Notes under the pieces: generated by a model
What the model saw: only the letters and a program-made list of their open reading frames with translations
The model's database searches: none
What the model was told of the DNA's origin: nothing
Position numbers and translations under genes: made by a program
Part shown: positions 14,101-26,393 of the stretch, piece by piece
Layout: each line of letters begins with the position of its first letter
How positions within the stretch are numbered: the stretch's first letter is position 1
Source of the DNA: Trichoplax adhaerens
Lineage: Eukaryota; Animalia; Placozoa
Reading direction: 5' to 3'
DNA: 64,000 nucleotides
NCBI RefSeq assembly: GCF_000150275.1
Contig: NW_002060947.1
Coordinates: forward strand, 2,035,740 to 2,099,739

Positions 14101-16249
14101 TAATTATTGAACCTATCAATTCCAATTTAGTATGTATATCAATTCGTTCATTAATCTTATGAATTTTTGATTCTCCCTATAGATAAAAAATCAGACTGAG
14201 ATTCAGTGATTAATAGACATACGAAATATTCAAAGAAAGCGGAATATCGTTACACTGAATACTGCATATTGGAAAATGTATTGCCAGATTGCTATGACTT
14301 CTATAAGCTTTAACTGCAAATTGAGGTTTGATTGACTTTATTTGCTTATAAAATCATCCAAGTACTTGTAGTTATATTAATTTGATCTGTTGGCTATAAG
14401 ATTTATAGCATTGACAAGAAATACTGATATTAACATATTTTATTAATGAGCAATATCTCATTTTATTTTCGATTAATTCAATTCGATCATCAAAATTTTA
14501 GCCTATTAATCAATGATAGGATTTATCCTACATATTTTATTAGTGAAATATTAGCTCAATCAGTGATCAAAGTAACACTCCAATTCATCTGCTATTCACA
14601 TATTGTTGGCGTATACTGAGAACTTTTTTCTCTCATTAAATTTGATAGGAGTACAGTCTACGTGTAATTAAGATCATTCAGGGATCAGTTTAATCTCATT
14701 TTGAGGGTAAGAAAAAGTAAATACTTCATAGCGATGGGCAAGAGTAAGCTCGTAAGCTAAAAGAAATCTATTCCCCCTATAGATTAACTTTCTTTAATAT
14801 TTTTAGTTACTATAACGACAACTTTCGTCGAATGATGTTTTTAACATTAAAAAATTTGCTTTAATAATAACAAAGGATAAATTGGGATAATAACTTTAAC
14901 GATAAGCAATCTTATTTATTCCTAATAAGCCATTAATGATAATAATAACGCCAAATGTTACCACAGGTATTAGAAATGATTTAAATACTTTAATGACATC
15001 ATAAAAATATAAACAAATAGCTACATCAGCAATTTATTATGGCTAAAAGGAGAAAATTAATATCATACTATTGTTAATCTAAATTTAATCGGCAAATAAA
15101 TAATGTATCGAATCCATCTGCTAATTTCCCCTTACCATTTGTTAGAAATGTCTTATTATACTCGTCAACAAAATCAATTTACAGCATTGAATGGGTACTG
15201 TATTAGCTGTTACTTTACAAGTCGAATTTACTAGCTACGGCTTTATTTTAGTGTCTTCGAATACATTACTAAAATAATACTTTAATCTATCGAATAACAT
15301 CTATTAGTTCTTTCCATTAAACATAATTCATACCAGTAATTACTCTGCCATTATTTACTCACAATCAAACGTGAAGCTAGAGTTTTGAATTAAAGAAAAA
15401 ATTGAATAGCTAATTTTAGAATCCTTTGGATGTTATTATTACGAACAAATTTAAACTAATATTGAAATGAAGTTATGAAAAAGTGAAATTGAGCGGTAGA
15501 ATATTTATCCATAAGGACAATTTAGGTGTAGATAATTTTGGAGTTTTATAGTTACAGGCTATTCTACCTTGATTCTTAGAGAGATTAATAGATATATCAT
15601 TTATGTGCTAAATACTTTTCATGGTTGAAAGTTATTTAACCGATTTACAAATTATGATAAGCGTATTGCCATTGTAGATAGATTGTATGCATGTTGGTAT
15701 AATCGTTAAAAACAGACTACGAATCGCAAGAACTTCCCTTCTAGGGCATAAAAACCTATTTGAACGAACTTAAGACTAATCTTATAATTTTAGATCTATA
15801 AATATAAAATTAATTGCCTTTTCTTATACCACGAAACTGTTACTTGAATTATGTCTCTGCAATTACTAATGGACACGACAATAAATTTAAATCCACATGT
15901 TTTCACCCTTTTGATCACGAGCAAGAGCCACTAAAAGCTCTAGTTCTAGTTCATGAAAGCAATTAGTAAATCGATCTACATGATTTCATTTATCTTAATC
16001 TCGATGTTGTACAGAAAAATGGTCACGAAATCACACTAAGCAAATGAACTAATTAATTACAACAGTAAAATCTGAATTGAGTTAGTGTGCACTATCATCT
16101 TCATTAATTTGCATTTAATTTAAAAGATACAGAAATAGCACCTGGTGTAACGCTATAAAATTTGGGCTAATAATAGAAATAGAGGCTTCTTTCTTCGTTT
16201 TTCGGCACTATTTTAAGATTTTTCAATAATTCACTTTGATTGCTGGTCC

Positions 16250-17160
16250 TGTGGATGTTCTTTAGATTCATTATCAACATCCGATTTAATATTACAAACT
16301 TCATCTCACGAATTAACTTTAAATCTAGTTTCATTTGAGCCTGAATGAAATGATGTAACTTTAACAAGCCTTCTCAACGATTGCATTTATCTATAGTACT
16401 GCAGATATTATTGAATTTACTGTCAACATCCGATTCCATCTTTTAAAATTGAATGCAACAATTGTCTTTACTACTATTTTCAGTTAATTACGATTAAGGG
16501 CTATTTTTAAACAAGCATTCTCGATGATTGAGCTTGTAACTGATAGATATCGTGTAAGTTCATTGTTAATATCCGATTCAATATTGTAAAATTATTTACA
16601 GGCTTGTCTTTATTCTTGTTTTTTTAATAATATAATTTTGACTAAGTGTTATTGCTGACAAGCTTTCTCTAAGACCCACTGCTATCTATATTGGACAATA
16701 TTATTTAATTTATTGTTAATACGCGAAACAATGCTATAGAATCTCGAACTAAAGCTTAATTTCATTCTTATTTTTTAATAATCAGATCTAAAAACAGCCT
16801 CTAACGAGCTTTATCCATAATTAAGTTCTATATATAGTAGGTGATATTTGATTCATTGATTTATCCAATAGTACCAAAACAATGGGTTAAAATAAGCATC
16901 GTAAGCTTGATTGAATTCCTATTTCCATTTAATATCTGTATCTTGTATGCAACTCCTAAATAAGCTTCTTATTGATTGAAATTCAGTAAAAAAAAGTACT
17001 ATTCCCATTCATAGTCAATACTTGAAACAATATTATATAATTAGAACTGAAAGCTTGACTTTAGTCTTGAAATTTAAGTACAATAAGTATTATTCTAATT
17101 CATATTCAATAGCTGAAACAATATTATACAATTAAAACTGAAAGCTTGATTTTATTCCTA
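16250..17160. repeat. Degenerate tandem array: ~145-bp units (about 16250-16900) followed by two ~91-bp units (about 17010-17160)
   Basis: Recurring 'tgtcaacatccgatt / tgttaatatccgattcaatattg / tgttaatacgcgaaacaat' near 16270, 16420, 16562, 16711. 'tcaata.ctgaaacaatattata.aatta.aactgaaagcttga' occurs near 17015 and 17106. Confidence 0.6.
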
Positions 17161-18574
17161 ATTTTATAGCAGTACTTATTTCTATGCATCGCCTTCAAAG
17201 CAAATCTTTGTAGTGATTGAGTTATTTATGTACCGTAATAACATTTGATCTATTGTCAAATGTTATATACGTTATAATATTTTGACTCGTATATGCAGAT
17301 ATTTCATCTATGAAGTTAAAAACTAATGCAATAAAGGAATGCTTGACCAATTAAAAATGTGTGTATGATTCATTTGCTGCCTGAAAAACTCTCACTCGCA
17401 ATTAGATGGAACATCGATTCTGCTAACTTTATGAATATAGAATTCCTATTTAACATATTCCTTTACTAACTGTAGGCAAACTTATTCCATGCACGTAGGT
17501 AACCAATTTAGGAGTAGCGTTCAGGTCTAACTCGTTAAAAGAGAATTGGGTCATTTTAAAATAGTTCTGACATTAGACTCATCTATAAGGGGTTTGAGAT
17601 GATGCTGGCCTAACCTGTGGCTTTAAATTCTAAAATCAGGGGTCTAGGTATTGCAAATATTCAGGTAGCACCTCAAATTTACAAATCAATTCTTAGTACT
17701 GCTTTCGCTGTATGCTTTCTGAAATAAATGAATTACAACTATAATTGAGGCTAGAATAAAGCATACTGTATGTAACTTAAAGATCATACAAAATAAAGCC
17801 AGCCAGTCAGATATGGATAGGCTAATTTATCATAAGTGTAATTATTTCTGTATGATCCCACTAATCACTAGTAACTACTCTCTAAAGGGATCATTTATTT
17901 TACGACATCAATAATATTAGCCGTTGTTCTCCGTTCATATTTGAATACATTAATTTTATGCAAACCAGATACAAATTACAGTGGCATGTATACTTGTATA
18001 GTACCTTCCTGAAGATATGTACATATCTACATTTAGATCTCAATATAAAGTCGAAACAATCACAATAAGGATGATTACATCCTAACATAATAGTTACTCT
18101 TTAAAGCATAGACACTTAACAAATTCTTATACGGTAATATTTGCAGACATAGCTGCGATTTTACGCAAGATTTAAACTAGATAAACTTACATGCTAAGGT
18201 AATTGTTCAATTATAACTGAATAATCTTATTTAATTTGTAGAAATTGTACGATAGGCCATCAACAATATAATTATACATAAAAGTGGCCACAATTATCTG
18301 TATATTATACTGACTTATCAAACTGAGAGATAAGCGTTTTCTGATTATATTTCAAACATATTGATTCAATAGAGCTTGAAATCAGCTGTGTGTGCCTTTT
18401 AATGTCATTAATCAACTCGAACTAAATATTAACCAATAGGATCAAATCTTATAGCTAAGGTAGAAAAATTTCATTTACAAAACCAATTCATAAATAATAA
18501 TCTGTATAATATTGAAAATAGTAAATTAAATAGATGCTTGTAGTTACGATAATTTCGATACATTTGCTGTTGCT

Positions 18575-20599
18575 TCATTGTGTTGAATCTCCAGGAAATA
18601 AGCATCGCACTACTCCACAAGATGTTGAGCTATTATTTTCATATTTCGAACTCTGAGCAATAGGTGATTCTTTTACTTTGTCATCGTTAAGTAATAAATT
18701 CTATCAAGTGCAAAAAATATTTTCTATATTATAATCTGTAAATTAATGGAATATTAAGCATAGAAGGTATCTACGATAGGTTAAAAACATTCTTCTAACA
18801 TCACCTTTGCGATATCATCGCTTTCTGAATTTTTATCTGATTCTAATTCCTTTACATAATTACTTGTCAATTCTTCTATGTACTTATCACTACGCATTAA
18901 TGCTTTCTTCAGTTGCTCAATTTCTCTTTCGTAACAACTAATTTTAGACTGCATAGCAGCCATAACATATCTTCCATGCCTGCATAAATACAATCGAGAT
19001 TAAATAGCCAAAGCAACTGCTACTAGTCGACGACAGTTGATTGAATTACATCTTTTTTGTATATTTATAGCGAACAAATGTAAATACTATGCTGCACCTG
19101 TAAGTTTTGGTAGGTGATGCTCGCTCATATCTCAAACGATTAATTTCCTCCTTAAGTTTTTCATTTTCTTCGCGAAATTTCTTATTAGACTAATGAAGCA
19201 CGAGTTAGACATCAAAATAACAATTGATTAATAGATTCTCATTAACTGTTACAGAAAAAATTTACTTATTAACTGGTTATTACGAATACATAAAGGATTC
19301 TGCGCTGTAATTTATTGTAACCATATTAAAAATTTTTAAACCTTTGCAGTATTACCTCATTAATTTGTTTCATTTCACTCAAAAGATCATTACAACTATT
19401 TGTAGCAACCATTAATTCATCAGCAATACGCCAAATTGTTTTGGGGCTATCATAGCCCTCCTGCATTCGCATCTTTTTAGAGGGTATTTCTTCATCATGG
19501 CAATGATCTGCATGTTGACAATTACAATATTTGCGTTTCTTTAAGTTATTTATTGTCTCCACTAGTTTGATATTTTCCTCTCGAAAGCTTTTCAGCATTA
19601 CACGTAGCTGGTCGATTTCTTCCTAGCGAGTTTAAAATTAAAGGGAAAATTATAGTTAATAAATAAATATGGTTAATATTATTCCTGAGAACGTTTTCTG
19701 CCAAAAGAAACCGATCCAGTTCGCAACATGTGATTTACAAAGCATAATGCCATAATGATAATTCTTGGAAAGGCTTGATGTACGAGTATATCCTACTTCA
19801 GTATCAAATTATCTACTCCAACCAGCAAACTGTAACCTGTGAGTCACGCCATAAAAGTTTACATACTAACAAACTCACCTCGTATTCTTTACGTATTATT
19901 TCGAATCGAACTTTACGTAATTCTTGAGTTAACTCAAAGTCTTTGTCATCTTTATTCGACGAATTATCATCGGATATTCCTAGACAATTCAATATAATAT
20001 GATTGGAAAAAATGATCAACGCTGATGTCTACACGATATAAATGCAAATAATAGATAAGTAATAGCTATGACTTGCTTTACAGGTGGAAAAGTAGCCATA
20101 AATAATAATAATTCATATTGCAGAAAGAATATAACATAGCGATATCAACTCACCGGACGCGAGAATAATACCTACCTAAAATTGGTTTGCAAGGACTTTC
20201 GGGAGAGATGGCAGTCCGACACGCTGGACAACAATTATGGTATTGAAGCCAAGCTTCAATACACCGTGAGCAAAATACATGATGATTTGCACATATTACA
20301 GGTTCCTTTACCTGTAAAACAACAGCAATTACTACTGGAACAGTATTTATGCAATCCACACTTTTATCATGAATTCTACGCATACAGTATATCAATGTAT
20401 AACACGATCACAATCTAATTCCATTTGAATTTTATATCAATGACTACTATACCATGGTTATATATTGCATTGAACATAATAAAAGATTGGGATAAAATGT
20501 ATGTAGCCATTATAACATTATCCTTACCCTGTCTAAACAGATATGGCATGACATGGGCAAAGTAAAGCGTAACTTGACTTGAGAGCTTTCACTGGCCAT
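18575..20599 (-). CDS. OBI1: ORC ubiquitin ligase 1 (RNF219), RING plus coiled coil, 7 exons, ~322 aa
   Basis: Exons 20599-20528, 20311-20176, 19979-19879, 19622-19356, 19189-19098, 18979-18805, 18700-18575, all GT-AG with consistent phase. They give MASESSQVKLRFTLPMSCHICLDR|VKEPVICANHHVFCSRCIEAWLQYHNCCPACR and HGRYVMAAMQSKISCYEREIEQLKKALMRSDKYIEEL, which match the OBI1 RING and coiled-coil motifs. An alternative in-frame ATG lies at 20623 (MESNANIN-M). The last exon is the least certain. Confidence 0.9.
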
Positions 20600-22026
20600 A
20601 TTGATATTGGCATTGCTTTCCATTGATGTTTTCCGTTGTTGACGAATGATGCTGCACTGCGTTCGGGTTATTACAGTAGACTACTGTACAGTACATCACT
20701 GCACTGTACACTGTAATGGAGTACTGTACACTGTGGGTCATTCACGCGTTGCAGCTGAAGTCTTGTTGAGATGACTCGCAACGGTATTCAATTCGTTGAT
20801 AGTAACTGGTGTATCCAGTCATCATGTTTACTACATATCTTGTTGACATCGTTGCGAGAAATGAACTATTTATCCCTCTTGAAAGTCTCAAGAAGCGATA
20901 ATATTTTGGTGAATGTTGATCGATCTAAGTCTGTAGAGGTATTGATATTGATATTGGCATAGCTTTCCATCGATGTTTTCCGTTGTTGACGAATGATGCT
21001 GCACTACGTTCGGGTTATTACAGTACTGTACAGTAGACTACAGTACATCACTGCACTGTACACTGTAATGGAGTACTGTACACTGTGGGTCATTCACGCG
21101 TTGCAGCTGAAGTCTTGTTGAGATGACTCGCAACGGTATTCAATTCGTTGATAGTAACTGGTGTATCCAGTCATCATGTTTACTACATATCTTGTTGACA
21201 TCGTTGCGAGAAATGAACTGTTTATCCCTCTTGGAAGTCTCAAGAAGCGACAATATATTGGTGAATATTGATCGATCTAAGTCTGTAGAGGTATTGATAT
21301 TGATATTGGCATTGCTTTCCATCGATGTTTTCCGTTGTTAACGAATGATGCTGCACTGTGTTGACAGAGTTACTACAGTACAGCACGTACTGTACTGTAC
21401 AGTGCATAAGTGCACCGCACATTGTACAGTAGTACTGTACACTGTGGGCCATTCACGCGTTTTACAGTACAGTACTGTATAGTTGACGTCCTGTGAGATG
21501 ACTCGCAACGGTATTCAATTCGTTGATAGTAACTGGTGTATTCAGCCATCATATTTACTACATATCTTGTTAACATCGTTGCGAGAAAAGAACTGTTTAT
21601 CCCTCTTGGAAGTCTCAAGAAGCGGCAATATATGGGTGAATGTTGATCGATCTAAGTCTGTAGACGTATTGATATTGATATTGGCATTGCTTTCCATTGA
21701 TGTTTTCCGTTGTTGACGAATGATGCTGCACTGCGTTGACAGAGTTACTACAGTACAGCAAGTACAGTACAGTGCATGAGTGCACTGCACATTGTACTGT
21801 ACAGTAGTACTGTACACTGTGGGTCATTCACGCGTTGTAGTTGACGTCTTGTGAGATGACTCAATGGTATTCAATTCGTTGATAGTAACTGGTGTATTCA
21901 GTCATCATGTTTACTACATATCTTGTTGACATCGTTGCGAGAAATGAACTATTTATCCCTCTTGGAAGTCTCAAGAAGCGACAATATATTTGTGAATATT
22001 GATCGATCTAGGTCTGTAGAGGTATT
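20598..22026. repeat. Four-copy tandem duplication (~350-375 bp) of the OBI1 upstream region and first codons
   Basis: 'atattgatattggca.tgctttcc' starts at about 20598, 20945, 21297 and 21672. The ORF track shows near-identical translations at 20771, 21123 and 21483. Confidence 0.95.
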
Positions 22027-22465
22027 TTAGTAGTTCATGGCCTATAAGGGACTCTACAAGCTGCTCCTCATTTATGAAAAGTGATTTTTTTTGTCGGAAA
22101 CTGCCTGTTGGAGTACAGCAATGTTGGTTATATGCTGAGCTGAGCTGTTTCATCACTTTCTCATTACGCATTGATGCTGCGCTATACTATACACTGTACT
22201 GTGTGCGGTGAACTCAGTGTGTACAGTACTCTATGTACAGTAGAGCAGAAGTGCAAAAGGAAATATCATATTTGCCAATAATCTTGTATTGAACACCTAC
22301 ATAAACAGCTTGCATCAACGAGATTTTAGCAGACAGCAGCACTGTAGGCCACTCGTAAACAGTTGATCAAGCTGCCAATTCTAACTATAGCAAGAAATTT
22401 CATCCAGTAGGAATTTTGCGAATGACTAGTGGTGATCGCAGCGGTAAATTAACCATAGGTTTAAA
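20600..22465. promoter_or_regulatory. Bidirectional promoter region OBI1/NUDT6 with TACAGTA/TACTGTA/CAGTACTG clusters
   Basis: Divergent starts at 20599(-) and 22466(+). Dense tacagta/actgtacagt words at about 20670-20735, 21020-21085, 21370-21480, 21745-21820 and 22185-22245. Confidence 0.6.
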
Positions 22466-25144
22466 ATGATATCGCAACTGTTTACATTCAGTCGTCTTAG
22501 TTTAAAGGAGAAGCTATTTGGTCCACATAGTTACACTAAGTTTTACACACCAATTGTATCAAAATTACGTGGATTATCAACGATCTCCCTTGAATCGTTA
22601 AAATATCGTTTTATTTGGCATGGTGGAGTTGAAATTGATTTACAACGAGTCGATAATCACCTTCTCAAGCCGGCTAATTTCGATTCAGCTATAGCAGGTT
22701 CGCCCTCGAATTAGGCTTTACTCATGACTACTAACAACCGGTAACATCATAGTCAAAATGCCGTTATAACTAACATGTACCAATGTACTGTACGTTAAAT
22801 AAATTAAATCAATTACTGAATCATACAGTATACAACGTATTCGTATAATTATGGCTGTACACCAATCCTAGCATATGATAACTCAATTTTATGAATCTAG
22901 CATAAATTTTGAGTATAGTCAGTGTAACAACTGTATCGTTCTATCTATTACACGCTACTACAGCTTCCAATTACATTGAATTTTAAAAGGCAGAACTTGA
23001 GAAATTCTTAATACAGTAGATAAATAATACCAAAATCCAATCACAGACTTGAACCTAATTCATTAGTGGTGTGGTTACTTGACTAGACATCATATGAATG
23101 TAATCGACTTTGAGCTTGAAAGTAGTCTACTATAGCTCTCCGTTTTGGTATCAAAATCGATATTCAACGTCAATTTACTCTACTTTCAGTTATATCATCA
23201 ATATTGACTATAAACATGCGTACTCACTCACTACAGAGGCAGTGAAAGAATGCAGAAATCTAGGCAAAAGAACCGTCTGGTTGAAGGTACCAATACAATC
23301 TTGCAATTTAATAGCTGTTGCTGCTAAGCATGGCTTTCAGTTTCATCATGCAAAAGGAGACACTGCTATGATGAATTGTTGGCTTCCTGATGATATTGAG
23401 TGCAAAGTACCACTATTTGGAACTCATAAAGTTGGTGTCTGCGGTAAGACTACAATCGTTGCACTAATCATGATTGAGTAAATTAACTTCTTTTTCCGTT
23501 AATATTGTCGACGAATTGACTGTTGTGCCTGTTGCATAATATAAACTACAACAGTTTGACCTAGCTGAACAATCATCTTCCCAATCATGACCTAATGAAT
23601 GTAATCCAATTTGTAGAATGTCGAATAGTTCAAGTGTTAGCCTCTTCAATAATTAATTAATTAATTAATTATACGCGCAACCAGTGCTTTATAGCTCTAG
23701 CTCTGCATTTACGTTACTGTACTGTACTATGCAGTACAATCATGATAATTCGACCTGGCTGAGCAATGATCGTCTAACGCGCAACTTGATAATGCAACTA
23801 AACTAATGTAAGGTCAAATAGTCGGGTAGTTAACCTTTTCAATAATTATAAATTAATTGCCATACAACTTCAACTATGAAATTCACTGTGATGTGCTAAC
23901 AGTTGCAATCAAAAACTAAACAACAAAATAATTATCCCGTCGGTAGCAATAATTTTGTACGCACCTGACGACGTTATCATACAGGTGGACAGACATTAAC
24001 GCTCTTCCGTTGTTGTTTGCACCATGTATATATATGACACCGCAATACAGTACCACTTAACGTAACATAATCATTTTATTAAAAGGGGAATAGATTTCCG
24101 CTGTAGGAGTAAATTGAAAAGTTTGGTACAATATCTCTGTCAGCAAAGTGACACGTTATGGTGCCAGTAGTCTAGTACACTTTATCAGTAATGTATATAT
24201 ATAAAAATCTTAAGATTAACTTTCTTTATTCCATTTTAGGAGTTGTAGTAGACGAAAGTACTAAAAAGGTATTGGCTATTCAAGAGAGAATCATGAAGGT
24301 TTGTCAGTCATAAAAATAATAATCCATATATTAGAAATATAGTACAATCAAGCTGGATTGCAACTATATTTATCATTTATACACATATTTCAGATAAGAA
24401 AATGGAAATTCCCTGGCGGCCACGCAGATCACGGAGAAGACTTTCGTAAGTATTAAAAATCACTAATCTTTAAGTGATAGATACTGTAAAACCAGAATAT
24501 CTAAATTAATAATCCAATACGTCATATATAATGTACTTATCTTAATTGATAATACAAGTTTACTTTTTCAGACTATTGTACTCCAACCTATAAATACTGC
24601 TATACGTCAGCATTATACTACTTTACTAGGATTATATTTGCTGGCTACTATTAGTGAAATACAAACACAATACTTTTCGTTATTTAGGAGAAACAGCAAT
24701 CAGAGAAGTTTATGAAGAGACTGGCATTCAAGCAGGTACAGTAATTTAATAGCTAAATGACTATAATTATCTATCGGTTGATATGCGTATTCAATATATT
24801 AATTTGCTACTCACAGAAGAACTTTTATGCCAGAATATAGATCAGTTTTAGCTTTTCGGCATCAGCATCATTTGCCATATTTTTTCGATCAATCTGATAT
24901 ATATGTGATTTGCCGATTGTCTCCTATCACATACGATATAAACATATGCACGGACGAATTATCTCACTGTGAATGGCTTCCTCTGTCAGAGTTGGCTTCC
25001 GATGAAGACGCTAATCCGTTAACAAAGTGCATATCACGATTGATCTTAAGTGGATTCGAAAAAGGATTTGATCATATTGATATAACTTTTGATGAAATGC
25101 CATCTATCTATGAAGGGATAACTTATAAGCTTTACCACAGATAG
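22466..25144 (+). CDS. NUDT6: Nudix hydrolase 6, 6 exons
   Basis: Exons 22466-22697, 23237-23443, 24240-24298, 24394-24445, 24688-24735, 24834-25144. The splice rebuilds the Nudix box [28 protein letters not shown] and the NUDT6-type N-domain (VWLKVPI...HGFQFHHA...WLP...HKVGVCG). The basic N-terminus resembles a mitochondrial presequence. Confidence 0.9.
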
Positions 25145-26393
25145 CTTTAAATATCTGTCAAAGTTATATATATTTTGAAAATTTATATAAACATCATTGT
25201 ATAGATGATGTATTTTAAATCTGTGAGTGGAACATAATATTTTATAATATACCTATTTCATGAAATACTGCCTTTATTCCATCTGTTGAAATACTAGATA
25301 GAGGTCTACAATTTTACAGTATTTGCTTCGCCATAAATAAAATAAAGGAACATAATAACGAACTATTTAAATTTCTTGGCGCTGTGGAATATTACTACTT
25401 TATAGCATATAGTACTATCTCACTTTGGCCAAGATTGCGTCTAATCACAAGCATAGCCAAATGGTAATTTTTTCTTGCAATAGGGAAGCTTGCTTCATGT
25501 ACCAGTCACTATTTACGAATCTTTGTTCTACATATCTATTAAATTTAGAAGTTTCTCTGCGACAATTTAATATTCCACTGACTTACAACGCCCTCACTTC
25601 ATAGGTAATACATGATTTAATGTAATAGTAAATAGTACAATTCGCATACAGAGAAATCATGATTAAATGACGTTCAAGACACAATTCATTGCATATTTAT
25701 TAGTGTACATACTGTAGAATGCACCAAGCACCACTGTCCATCTCGTGAATCGTAGAATAAACCAATGGATAATAACAGACTTATGTCCTTAACGATTACT
25801 AGTGTCAACAAAATGTAAGTTTACTTTTAATCTTAACATGACTATCCTATCCGTAAATTAAATAAAATCACTAATCTGTATCCACTACATCAGCAATTAT
25901 ATGTTAAGCTTATGAATCTGCTAGACCTTGTTTCAAAGAAGCTAACTAGATCTACAGATGTTACGAAATTCGGTAGAACTATCACTGAAATTTTGGAGAA
26001 AAAATATTCCGATATCTTAAATGTACATTATGTGACTTGCAGTTTCACACACAAGATATTGTGGGCTATTTGTTAAAACAAGGCAAAGCTTACCACATGA
26101 CCTTATTGAGTTAAATTTCAGAATAATTTCACGTCATTTATAAAAATGGACAACAATTAATACTGTTGATAATTAATAACAATATTTATAAAAAAGAATC
26201 TGTTTTGAGAGGAACAATCATGGGTGTATTTGTGCGCTATCTCATTAATCTTCCGATAATGTAAAACCAATATTAATATTTTCAAATCCATTGGTTTACA
26301 ATTATTTCAATTATGTTTGACGTGTACATAAATACATACGACATTATATTGTAAATAATATCTGTAGACTGTCGTAAATAATAAAATGACTAT

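Noticed and set aside
20771-21827. Cluster of overlapping ORFs (MTRNGIQFVDS..., MAHSVQYYCT..., MRLPRG...)
   Set aside because: These are translations of the non-coding tandem promoter repeat. Stops and indels differ between copies and there are no known motifs.
23648-23672. (TAAT)n and several (TA)n microsatellites (also about 30135, 48400, 55690)
   Set aside because: Ordinary short simple repeats.
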